A stretch of 64,000 nucleotides of DNA from a bacterium (GCA_030603395.1 JAUVXX010000001.1:29822-93821); one strand, 5' to 3'. Counted from the first letter of the stretch, positions 9,426 to 17,987 are shown. Numbers and translations: made by a program. The notes: generated by a model from the letters alone, not told the origin.

Positions 9426-11093
9426 TCAAAATGGAGTATAATATCCTTTAGCTTTTAAGATGAAGGAGATTTCTTGGTCAGAATTTATAATTTCTTTTTT
9501 TGCTGGAAATTCCAGGTTAATAAATTGTCCGGGGATTAATCCCACTCTTCCATCTTTTAAGTGCTTCTCATTAATATTCTTATCTTCCGAATGACTAAGA
9601 CTGGATAGCTTAATAGTTTCTTGTTTAATGTCAGGATTAGTCAATGGACTAGCATTTACCAGACCAATAAAGCTTAGATTGTGAGAGTTAGTCCATTTTA
9701 ATTTCAAAGATAATGGACTCTTTCTTTCTTTGGTACATTGAGAAATATCAACTAAGCCCGAGGAAAACTTCTCTCTTGGGTGGACGATGCTAAGCAACCC
9801 TTTTTTATTATTTCCGACATATACATCAACATATATATTAATACTTTTACATAAGTGGACTGCCGCAAAGGCATCTTCTGGCTTTATTACTTCCCCAGCA
9901 ACAGCTGTTCCCAGAGAAGCTATAGCTATTTTCTTTAGGGAGTCGGTCCATTTTCTTTCCGAGGAAAATATTCTTTCTAGGTTTCTGGTTGCTTCGGCAA
10001 TTCTTTGGTAATTTGCCCTAAGGTTAGCCCTGAAGACTAAGTGGCAATTTTCTAAATTTTGCACATTATCGAATTTCACATCTAAGACATCTTCTTTTTC
10101 TCCACCAAAAAATATTTCATCGTTCAAAGTAGATAACTTTTTTGTCCAGTCCCTTCCTTTTTTATTTCTAATTGAAGACGGGAAAATTAGATTTTTATAG
10201 GCAACTATTTTATTGTTTTCTATCCCGATACTAAATTTCTTTGGATGAATAATTTTAATAAGTTCAAGATTATAGAGATGAGAATGTTCTCTTTCAAACT
10301 CCATTACTCGCAAAAGATATTTCTTACTCTTTTGACAGGGCTTTACTTCTAATTTGTATAGTTCTTTAACAATAATGTTCTCCCTTAATATATTTTCAGA
10401 CGCCGGCAAAATATTATTATCAATAACAAATTTTTTGCCGTTCCAAACCATAATAAATGGGCAGCCACAACTACTGTGAGAAACGTGAGAACTGTGTGAG
10501 CTATGACTGCTGTGGCTGCCATGAGCACAACTACTATGGGAGCCGTGTGAACAGTGAGATTGGTGGGAACTGTGAGAGCTGTGTGAGGTGTGGGAACCGT
10601 GAGAAGAGTGGGAAGAGTGAGAGCTGTGAGAAGAGTGAGAACTATGTGAGGAGTGAGAACCGTGGGAACCGTGTGAGGAGTGAGAGGAGTGGGAACCATG
10701 AGAACCGTGAGAGGAGTGTGAGCCGTGGGAAGAGTGAGAACTGTGGGAGGAGTGGGAACTGTGAGAGCTGTGTGAGCCGTGGGAACCGTGTGAGGAGTGA
10801 GAGGAGTGGGAACCATGAGAACCGTGAGATGAATGGGAGCCGTGGGAGGAGTGAGAACCGTGGGAACTGTGAGATGAGTGAGAGCTATGGGAAGTGTGGG
10901 AGCTATGCGAAGAATGTGAGGTATGAGAGCACTCCCAATCAGCTTGAGCTTCACGAGCTACCATTGAGCCAGCAACAGCTGCTCCTAAGATAAAGAGCAT
11001 TGTTCCTGCTTTAACAATGTCTTTCTTGTTGACGTTGCCCTCTTCAGAGGTCAAGAAAGTCTTAATGTTCTTTTTTATTCGTGGAAAATTCAT
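9426..11093 (-). CDS. hxsA: His-Xaa-Ser repeat precursor fused to a ~345-aa C-terminal domain
   Basis: ~51-aa leader/signal, 50 HxS triplets, then a domain running CGCPFIMVWNG...KGYYTPF. Confidence 0.88.
   Translation of the reverse strand: MNFPRIKKNIKTFLTSEEGNVNKKDIVKAGTMLFILGAAVAGSMVAREAQADWECSHTSHSSHSSHTSHSSHSSHSSHGSHSSHGSHSSHGSHGSHSSHSSHGSHGSHSSHSSHSSHSSHSSHGSHSSHGSHGSHSSHSSHGSHGSHSSHSSHSSHSSHSSHSSHGSHTSHSSHSSHQSHCSHGSHSSCAHGSHSSHSSHSSHVSHSSCGCPFIMVWNGKKFVIDNNILPASENILRENIIVKELYKLEVKPCQKSKKYLLRVMEFEREHSHLYNLELIKIIHPKKFSIGIENNKIVAYKNLIFPSSIRNKKGRDWTKKLSTLNDEIFFGGEKEDVLDVKFDNVQNLENCHLVFRANLRANYQRIAEATRNLERIFSSERKWTDSLKKIAIASLGTAVAGEVIKPEDAFAAVHLCKSINIYVDVYVGNNKKGLLSIVHPREKFSSGLVDISQCTKERKSPLSLKLKWTNSHNLSFIGLVNASPLTNPDIKQETIKLSSLSHSEDKNINEKHLKDGRVGLIPGQFINLEFPAKKEIINSDQEISFILKAKGYYTPF
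10470..10925 (-). repeat. 9-nt-period coding repeat, 50 His-Xaa-Ser triplets
   Basis: 456 nt = 50 triplets + Cys-Ala; a ~52-bp exact block recurs at 10661 and 10778 (117-bp period). Confidence 0.95.
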
Positions 11094-11866
11094 ATATTTG
11101 ACTGCTCAGCCCCTTTAAGGCAGCTCTGGTAAAGAAACTCTCCTCTTCCCTCTTCATCTTTGTAGGGAATCTCTTCACATAGCGAGGGGTCTTTGGTAAA
11201 CTCAGCTATCTGGGGAAGATAGATCTCTGAACATTCAACCTCACTGCGATATTTTACACATTCATTAATATCTAAGATGCCTCGGCAAAGAATTTGAGCC
11301 CCTCTTTTATAGCTTATTTTGTCACAAAGAGTTATGTCTTTTTTCAAAATAGCTAATAAATTATAGTAACTATCTTTACACTTTTGGATTTCTATTTCCG
11401 AAAGATTTTGGCATTCCTCTTCGTCTTCTCTGATTAGTGCTTTGCAAAGAATCTTTTCTTGTTGAGGAAGTTCTTCTTTTTCACAAAGAGTTTCGTCTTT
11501 TTTAAAAACGGCTTGGCAGAAAAATTCTTTCTCTCCCGCTTTTTGGCAATAATCTATGTTATTTTCCTTAAGTGCTCGGAAGGAATAAAAAAAATTTTCG
11601 CATTGCTCTTTCTCTTCTTGACTTAATGCCATGTCGCAAAAATAAACATTATGAACACCAATACAGTGAAAGGAAGATTTTTCTCCCAGGGTCCAATTAA
11701 TATCAATATTCCCCGCTAGATCTTCTAAATTTTGACATCGCTGGAAATTTTCTTCAAGAAGAGCCAATTGCTTTGCCCTCTCCCATCTTGGAATAAAAAT
11801 TAAAGTTCCCAAAATTATTACTGACAATAAGATAATTATAAGAATGATTTTAGTTTTTTTAGACAT
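11090..11866 (-). CDS. Membrane-anchored Cys-rich repeat protein
   Basis: N-terminal TM helix and ~16 regularly spaced Cys; likely start MSKK at 11866 (track start 11896). Confidence 0.8.
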   Translation of the reverse strand: MSKKTKIILIIILLSVIILGTLIFIPRWERAKQLALLEENFQRCQNLEDLAGNIDINWTLGEKSSFHCIGVHNVYFCDMALSQEEKEQCENFFYSFRALKENNIDYCQKAGEKEFFCQAVFKKDETLCEKEELPQQEKILCKALIREDEEECQNLSEIEIQKCKDSYYNLLAILKKDITLCDKISYKRGAQILCRGILDINECVKYRSEVECSEIYLPQIAEFTKDPSLCEEIPYKDEEGRGEFLYQSCLKGAEQSNI

Positions 11867-11886
11867 TTTTGCATTTTCAATTTTTA

Positions 11887-12321
11887 CTAACACCATGACC
11901 CGGAACTATGTGAAGAATGGGAGCTGTGGGAGGAATGGGAGCAGTGGGACTGATGAGAACCATGGCAAGAGCCGTGAGAGACATGGGAAGAGTGAGAAGA
12001 GTGAGAGGAGTGAGAACCGTGAGAGTTATGAGAGCTATGACCAGAAGCGTGAGAACCGTGGGAAGAGTGAGAGGAGTGAGAGGAGTGAGAGCCGTGGGAA
12101 GAGTGAGAGCTGTGTGAAGAATGCGAAGAATGAGAACCATGGGAAGTGTGCTCACATTGAGGCCATTGAGCTTGAACTTCTCTCACAGCCATTGAACCAG
12201 CAACAGCTGCTCCCAAGATAAGGAGCATTGTTCCTGCTCGGACAATGTCTTTCTTATTGACATTTCCTTCTTCAGAAGTCAGAAAGAATTTAATGTCTTT
12301 TTTTATTTTTGGAAAATTCAC
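11887..12321 (-). CDS. hxsA: His-Xaa-Ser repeat precursor peptide
   Basis: Leader nearly identical to that of 9426-11093; 27 HxS triplets; ends GSWC; GTG start. Confidence 0.92.
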   Translation of the reverse strand: MNFPKIKKDIKFFLTSEEGNVNKKDIVRAGTMLLILGAAVAGSMAVREVQAQWPQCEHTSHGSHSSHSSHSSHSSHGSHSSHSSHSSHGSHASGHSSHNSHGSHSSHSSHSSHVSHGSCHGSHQSHCSHSSHSSHSSHSSGSWC

Positions 12322-12326
12322 AAATT

Positions 12327-12791
12327 TTACTCGGTAACCATCTTGGTGATTTTAGTAGCGGTAAATTCCTCAAGTTCGTTTATCTTCTCAAAAGTTGATT
12401 CAACTGTTGCTACAACAATGCTGTCATCTATTTCTATTTCCGAAAATTCCGAGGCAGATTCTTCTTGAGTGGTTATGTTGTAAATTCGCCACTCGGTCTC
12501 TTCGGTAAACTTTATGGTTTTTTCCATCAGGTCTTTCTCGGCTGTCTCAATCAGAGAGGTCCTGGCCTCTATCCTTAAAGTTTTACCTTCAATATCAACC
12601 GCTTTAACTCCTCCTTCAATAAGATTGTTGGGATATTGCTGCTGAGAAGGAGTTTCTTCTTCCGAAGTTTCCGGGGTTTCTTGTTCTTCTTCCTGGACGG
12701 GAGGGGCCTCTTGGCCCAACAAAAACACCCCCATTAAGACAACAACAGCAACAACGAAGAAGATAAGAACAATTTTTGTTTTTTTATCCAT
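12327..12791 (-). CDS. Membrane-anchored small beta-domain protein (OB/DUF5666-like); paralog of 20035-20409
   Basis: TM helix, acidic linker, YPNNLIEG...EKINELEEFTATKI. Confidence 0.75.
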   Translation of the reverse strand: MDKKTKIVLIFFVVAVVVLMGVFLLGQEAPPVQEEEQETPETSEEETPSQQQYPNNLIEGGVKAVDIEGKTLRIEARTSLIETAEKDLMEKTIKFTEETEWRIYNITTQEESASEFSEIEIDDSIVVATVESTFEKINELEEFTATKITKMVTE

Positions 12792-12844
12792 GTAAATAGA
12801 ATAATTTAATAACGACCTTTAAACTAAAGTGGTGTAATTGTTTC

Positions 12845-12853
12845 ATTATAGCA
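12845..12853 (-). promoter_or_regulatory. Extended -10 promoter for the precursor unit
   Basis: TGCTATAAT on the minus strand, 54 nt upstream of ATG 12791. Confidence 0.5.
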
Positions 12854-12874
12854 AACATAGGGATGTCAAGTAAA

Positions 12875-13795
12875 CTACCTGAAATAAATGCCTAAGTTTC
12901 TATTTTCTAAAGCAAAATAACTTATCTTTGCTTCAACATCTTTTATAATTTTAAATGATTCTTTGAGCCATAATTTCTGTTTGGGAAAGTTTTGTTTAAG
13001 TATATTTAACCTTTTAGGAGCAACGCTTTCTTTTAACCGAAACCAGAGCTTTGTTGAGGAAATATCAGAGCTCGGAGAGATACGGCAAAGCATTCCTGTT
13101 TCTTTAACTAGCATGTTTCTTAAAGCTGAAAGAACCGGTTGATAGACTTTTCCTACCTCTTTAGGATTTGGCAGGCCTTTACAGATTAAAGGATAAATCT
13201 TAAGAAAACATTCTCCCCTTGGCAAAAAATCAATCCCCACTGTATCAAAGTCCTTATTCTTAAATGTTTTTTCTAATTTATCTGCTTTAAGGTTTAAAAT
13301 ACAGCTCAGCTTTTTTATAAGCTCTTGAACCTTTTTTCTTTGAAGCTTCAATCCATCGGGGCTGGTAAAATATATCTTTACTCTTTCTATTTTGCTTTGG
13401 GCTAAATCTATGCCAAACTGCACCATCCAGGAATGACTTTTGGCTATTGATAATATGGGTTTAATTTTGTCATTGAATTTGCAGCTTGAATTGTTTAAAG
13501 AAACAAAGATTTTAGCGATACAATCTATTCGTTTTTTCCTTAATTTTTCTTTCTGAGCTAAACTTAAGAATTCTTTCAGAAAATTAAGATGGAGAATCCT
13601 TATTTTTTTCTGACCAGAAACCAAAGAGAACTCAAAACCATTGTAGAGATTTGATTTTAACTCACTGCCCCTTTCTAACTCGTCTATAATTTCAAAAATC
13701 AGCTTATTGGGATTAAATCCCCATCTTTGAGACAACAATCCGATTAATTGTTTTGCTTGAGAATTGTTCATTTTATCCGTAAAAATTTTACTCAA
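12875..13795 (-). CDS. Putative ABBA-fold/cyanobactin F-like prenyltransferase
   Basis: Repeated G-x-D...K-x-Y strands: QFGIDL..RVKIYF, VGIDFLPRGECFLKIYP, TKLWF; ~300 aa. The ORF is solid; the function is tentative. Confidence 0.45.
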   Translation of the reverse strand: MSKIFTDKMNNSQAKQLIGLLSQRWGFNPNKLIFEIIDELERGSELKSNLYNGFEFSLVSGQKKIRILHLNFLKEFLSLAQKEKLRKKRIDCIAKIFVSLNNSSCKFNDKIKPILSIAKSHSWMVQFGIDLAQSKIERVKIYFTSPDGLKLQRKKVQELIKKLSCILNLKADKLEKTFKNKDFDTVGIDFLPRGECFLKIYPLICKGLPNPKEVGKVYQPVLSALRNMLVKETGMLCRISPSSDISSTKLWFRLKESVAPKRLNILKQNFPKQKLWLKESFKIIKDVEAKISYFALENRNLGIYFR

Positions 13796-14711
13796 AAATA
13801 TAAGATTTGGTTTTTTTTATATATTCCTGGAAGAGGCTTCGGCTTTTAGCGTTTTCCTTTAAAATTTGGGCTATTTTTTGGGAGGTATTATTGCGCAACT
13901 TGATTATATTTTTATCAAAATGAATGTCAGGGTAAAAATCAAAACACGACGAAGCTCTTTTGCCCGAAACGCTTATTTCAACATTTTTCCTTAAATCCTC
14001 TTTTTTGTTCAGAATTCGGCTTACGGAATTCAAAAAGATAAATCTTTTGTTTTTTATTTCTCTTACAATATAGTCAGAGATTTTGTTTAAGCAAGAAAGG
14101 AAATCTTTTCTTTCTTTTTCTTCCCAGGTTACTGTCTGAATTGGCTCAATGTTTATGCTCTTAAATCCCGTTTTTATTAAATAAATAAAATTTTCATGCA
14201 TTTTTTTAACCTCTGAAGGATGAACGGCCATCAGGGCACAAACATTTTCTTCCTTCAGGTTTTTAAAGACCGCTGGCAACTTTTTTATTATCTGAGAAAA
14301 TGAACTTCTGCCATTTTTAAATACCCGGAATCTATCGTGAGTTTCTTTTTTCCCGTCAATACTTACGGCTAATTTGACATTATATTTCTGAAAAAACTTG
14401 AGGTGTTCTTTTCTAATTAAAGTGCCGTTAGTGGCTACAGATACAGCTAATTGCTTATTTTTTTGCCTGACTAAAGATTGAGCAAAAATGATTATCTTTT
14501 TTAGTAAATCAAAATAAAGCAAGGGTTCTCCGCCATATAAAAGAAGCTGTTTTTCTTTTCCCGGAGATAAAATAAGATTTCTTACTGCTTGCTTGGCTTT
14601 TTCAAAGGGTATAATCTCATTGGTTTTTTTAATAAAACAATACCGACACCTCATATTGCAGCGAGTGCCAACAAAAAGCCACGTCTTTTTAATTTCCCTA
14701 TCTAGGCTCAT
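13788..14711 (-). CDS. Radical SAM protein with reduced C-terminal domain
   Basis: CNMRCRYC, YGGEPLL, ATNGT, SIDG; no SPASM Cys cluster. Likely start 14711 (track 14759). Confidence 0.88.
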   Translation of the reverse strand: MSLDREIKKTWLFVGTRCNMRCRYCFIKKTNEIIPFEKAKQAVRNLILSPGKEKQLLLYGGEPLLYFDLLKKIIIFAQSLVRQKNKQLAVSVATNGTLIRKEHLKFFQKYNVKLAVSIDGKKETHDRFRVFKNGRSSFSQIIKKLPAVFKNLKEENVCALMAVHPSEVKKMHENFIYLIKTGFKSINIEPIQTVTWEEKERKDFLSCLNKISDYIVREIKNKRFIFLNSVSRILNKKEDLRKNVEISVSGKRASSCFDFYPDIHFDKNIIKLRNNTSQKIAQILKENAKSRSLFQEYIKKTKSYIFE

Positions 14712-14715
14712 CTTT

Positions 14716-15576
14716 TTAAAAACGGATGTAGAGAATAAGATTGTCATTTTCTGCATCAATTACGTGAATTTTTCCCTTGGCGCTTTTGATGAGAGTTAAG
14801 ATTTCCCTTAAACAGTTAGTATTGCCGCTTAAACTCAGAAGTTTCTCTAGCGTTTCTTTTTTTAATCCATTTTTCAACTGAACTCCGAATTTTCTGGAAA
14901 TAAGCTTGTTCCCCTGATATCTTTCGCCAAAATGATAATGAGAACTGATTGGTTTTAAAAAAGTGAAGATTTTTCGCTCAAGAGAAGAGGGCCCTCCTTT
15001 ATCTTGACATTTTTCCTCTAAAAAATGGGTAAGGTAATAAATTTTATATTTCGGTTTTGGCTCCTGGTCAATATCAAAACCCATTATGACAATCTTTTCC
15101 TTTTTGAGAGGAATGTTTATTTTAAATTGTTCAAGGATGCTTTTTACCGCAGAACGCACTGTCTTAGAGTCATTGATATCGCCGAAATGTAGATAAACTT
15201 TAAATCTTATTTTTTTCTTTTTTGTCTCCAAGCCAAAATAAAGCGAGGGTTTGATTTTATTTAATTTTCTGAGCTTGTGAAATAATAATTTTGAAACATT
15301 AGATTTGCCGTAAGAATTAATGATACCCTCTATCAATTCTATTCTCTCAGTATACAAATTTTCAAAGTTCTTGGAATAAGTATCGTAGTTGACCAATCTT
15401 AAGGTATCCTCAATCTTTCCTTTTTTTAATTTAAGAGAAAATCCGAATTCAGTTTTGTTTGCTAAATCGCCTTTCACTAATTTCTTAATGACAGGGCTTA
15501 TAATCTCCCGGGTGGACGCATCGGGGAGTAACTTTTTTGCTAAATAAGAAAACGTTTCAGATATGTTTTTTTCCAT
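14716..15576 (-). CDS. Putative ABBA-fold prenyltransferase-like protein
   Basis: YFGLE..RFKVYL, MGFDID..KYKIYY; C-terminus NLILYIRF parallels NLGIYFR of 12875-13795. Confidence 0.42.
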   Translation of the reverse strand: MEKNISETFSYLAKKLLPDASTREIISPVIKKLVKGDLANKTEFGFSLKLKKGKIEDTLRLVNYDTYSKNFENLYTERIELIEGIINSYGKSNVSKLLFHKLRKLNKIKPSLYFGLETKKKKIRFKVYLHFGDINDSKTVRSAVKSILEQFKINIPLKKEKIVIMGFDIDQEPKPKYKIYYLTHFLEEKCQDKGGPSSLERKIFTFLKPISSHYHFGERYQGNKLISRKFGVQLKNGLKKETLEKLLSLSGNTNCLREILTLIKSAKGKIHVIDAENDNLILYIRF

Positions 15577-15580
15577 AAGT

Positions 15581-16975
15581 TCACAAAGGAATATATTTTA
15601 ATTCTTCATCCCCAATAATCTTTTTTTTATTTTTTACCGGTTTTATTTTCTTTTGGCATTTTTTAACTATTTCCTCAGAATAAAAATATTTAGAAAAAAC
15701 CAAATAAGCGCCGAAATTAGGAACTTTAGATTGAAGATGAGTCGGTCTTGCGATTATTTTTCCTCTTTTTACCAAATATTCAATTTCTTCTTTCAAAACT
15801 TTGTCTATGTCTTGACCAAAAAGCTGGTAAATCCTTTTTTTGGGAAGAAGATTGTACCTGAGAGAATTTATAACGTACCATTTTATCTCTTCAATTTTAT
15901 TTTTATATCTGCATTGAAGATAAACCGGGCTTTCATTCTGCCGAATGCCTCTTTCGTATTTTTCTAAATCGGGAAAGTTCATATAATTTCCCCAACCGGA
16001 AATATGCGACATAGCCGCCATTCCCAATCCCAAGAAAGGACTGTTATATTCAACCGTGTCAGCTATCTGAATATTTCGGGCTTCATTGCTTTTACCTATG
16101 TCTTCAAACTGTAAAAACTTATAGGAAGAGTCAAGAAGCATTTTGCGGCCCAAAGCGTTCATTTCCTCTCTCTTTTGCATTTCTTCCCGCGACAGGACTT
16201 TTCCCTGCTGGGAGAAGGAAGTAGCCGGATTGGGAAAGAAGGGATTAACGTGAACCACATCCGGTGAAAGCTTAATTACTTTCTTCATTGTCTCTTTAAA
16301 GCTTTTGAGCGTTTGGCCGGGCAAGCCGCACATTATATCAAAGTTTATGTATTTAATGCCGGCTCGCCGCGCCCGCTGATAAGCTTTGTAAACCGATTTC
16401 TCAGACGATAAACGTCCCCACTTTTTCATTAATTTATCATCAAAGCTCTGTACTCCCATATTAAGCCGGCTGACTTTATATCTCTTTAATAATTTCAATT
16501 TTTTCCAAGAAAGAGTACTGGGATTTGCTTCAAAAACCACCTGAATGCATTTCTTAAAATCAAAATGGTTATAGATAAGTTCAAAAAATTTTTCAAGCTG
16601 AGTCGGGCTTAAAAGAGAGGGGGTGCCCCCGCCAACATAAAGTGAACGAAAAGAGACGGATTTAAAAATCTTTGAATACAATTTCACTTCCCTGGCAAGC
16701 AGGTTTAAGTAATTGTCTATTTGGCTGTGATTTTTAAGCTTTTGAGCCGGGAACCGGCAAAAAATACACCTTGAAGCACAGAAAGGAAGGTGAACGTACA
16801 TTCCCACCTTATCTACGCCTCTATTTATTGTTCTTTTCCAGGCAGTTTTTATCTCTTCCTGGTTGGCTTTATGCCAAACAAAAATTGGGGGGTAATAAAA
16901 GGGGAAACCAACAAAGTCAGTCTGGGATATTTTTTCAGTGATTGCTCGGAAGAGCCAATCTTTATCTTTAATCAT
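15581..16975 (-). CDS. HemN-like (class C) radical SAM enzyme
   Basis: YVHLPFCASRCIFC, YVGGGTPS, MGVQSF, DIMCGLPGQT, LGLGMAAMS. Confidence 0.9.
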   Translation of the reverse strand: MIKDKDWLFRAITEKISQTDFVGFPFYYPPIFVWHKANQEEIKTAWKRTINRGVDKVGMYVHLPFCASRCIFCRFPAQKLKNHSQIDNYLNLLAREVKLYSKIFKSVSFRSLYVGGGTPSLLSPTQLEKFFELIYNHFDFKKCIQVVFEANPSTLSWKKLKLLKRYKVSRLNMGVQSFDDKLMKKWGRLSSEKSVYKAYQRARRAGIKYINFDIMCGLPGQTLKSFKETMKKVIKLSPDVVHVNPFFPNPATSFSQQGKVLSREEMQKREEMNALGRKMLLDSSYKFLQFEDIGKSNEARNIQIADTVEYNSPFLGLGMAAMSHISGWGNYMNFPDLEKYERGIRQNESPVYLQCRYKNKIEEIKWYVINSLRYNLLPKKRIYQLFGQDIDKVLKEEIEYLVKRGKIIARPTHLQSKVPNFGAYLVFSKYFYSEEIVKKCQKKIKPVKNKKKIIGDEELKYIPL

Positions 16976-16979
16976 AGCC

Positions 16980-17987
16980 TTAATCTGCCCTGGTTATCTT
17001 TAAAAAATTAGATATGTAAATTTTTGAGATTTCACAGAAGGTCTGGAAATGTTTTTTAAAATCTTTTTTGTTCTCTTGAGACCAAAGATATAAACCAATT
17101 GGACAGAAGCAGTATTCCTGACAAGGACATTTTGAGCATTTGCTGTCTGTTATTTTAAGAATCCCCTTTTTTGCCTTTCTTAACAAGTTTTCTCTTTTTG
17201 CTTTATCAATTCCTCCTCCTCTGCCAACTATGTATTTTTTTCTCCTTTTATCAAAAAAAGAAAATACTTTATCGCAAAGATAAAAATTTCCATCAGGACC
17301 TAAATTCAGCTGCTGGCAGCAGAAATTCTCGCTGTTTTTCTCAAGGCCTTTTGTTATGCTAAACTCGCTAAAAGTTTTTTTAAGGATATTGAGCTGATTT
17401 TTTGACCATAAACCGTAAACCTCTGGATAAAAATCTATTAAGCGAAATCCGTTTTCAACAAAGAACTTAATGTTTTCAGTAAGGTGGTTTACTGTTGAGG
17501 GAGTAAAGATCAGAGAGATTTTAATTTTTTCTTTATTTAAATTTTTGATATTTTTCCAGACCGTTTTGAAGACCGAACGTTCTTTATCATTTTTAAATAC
17601 TCTGTTGACGTCATTTACATCTTGCTTACCGTCTAAACTTATTGAGAGGCCGACGTTGTTCTCGGCTAAAAATTCACTTCTTTCTTTGTTGAGCAAGGTG
17701 CCGTTGCTGGAGAGCACAATAAAAGCCCTCTTTTTTTCGTTCCTTTTCAAATATTCTATCAATTCTTTTAATTCCCCCCAATAAAGCAAGGGTTCTCCGC
17801 CGGTAAAATTAATGGTCGGCTCTTTTATTGAGTGTTTCAAAAAAAAGCTGATTCCCCTTTTTAATTCGGGAACATTGGGGATAATCTTTTTCAAATTCTC
17901 TTTGTCAATAAAACAATAGCTGCAATCAAGATTGCAGCCACCTCCAAGAAAAATAGATAAAGAATGGTATTTTATTTGCTGAGCCAT
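16980..17987 (-). CDS. Radical SAM/SPASM-like protein
   Basis: CNLDCSYC, TGGEPLL, SLDG; GPDGNFYLC, CSKCPCQEYCFCP. Confidence 0.9.
   Translation of the reverse strand: MAQQIKYHSLSIFLGGGCNLDCSYCFIDKENLKKIIPNVPELKRGISFFLKHSIKEPTINFTGGEPLLYWGELKELIEYLKRNEKKRAFIVLSSNGTLLNKERSEFLAENNVGLSISLDGKQDVNDVNRVFKNDKERSVFKTVWKNIKNLNKEKIKISLIFTPSTVNHLTENIKFFVENGFRLIDFYPEVYGLWSKNQLNILKKTFSEFSITKGLEKNSENFCCQQLNLGPDGNFYLCDKVFSFFDKRRKKYIVGRGGGIDKAKRENLLRKAKKGILKITDSKCSKCPCQEYCFCPIGLYLWSQENKKDFKKHFQTFCEISKIYISNFLKITRAD

Noticed and set aside
10470-12150. Possible CRISPR array
   Set aside because: 9-nt-period degenerate coding repeats with no unique spacers and no cas genes.
10385-12221. Alternative-frame and antisense ORFs over the HxS repeats (LTLPT.., ESCE.., VRGV..)
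   Set aside because: By-products of a stop-free 9-nt repeat; only the HxS frame has the shared leader and fits hxsB/hxsD.
15581-16975. hemN as a heme biosynthesis gene
   Set aside because: No tetrapyrrole genes nearby and embedded in the Hxs operon; symbol withheld.
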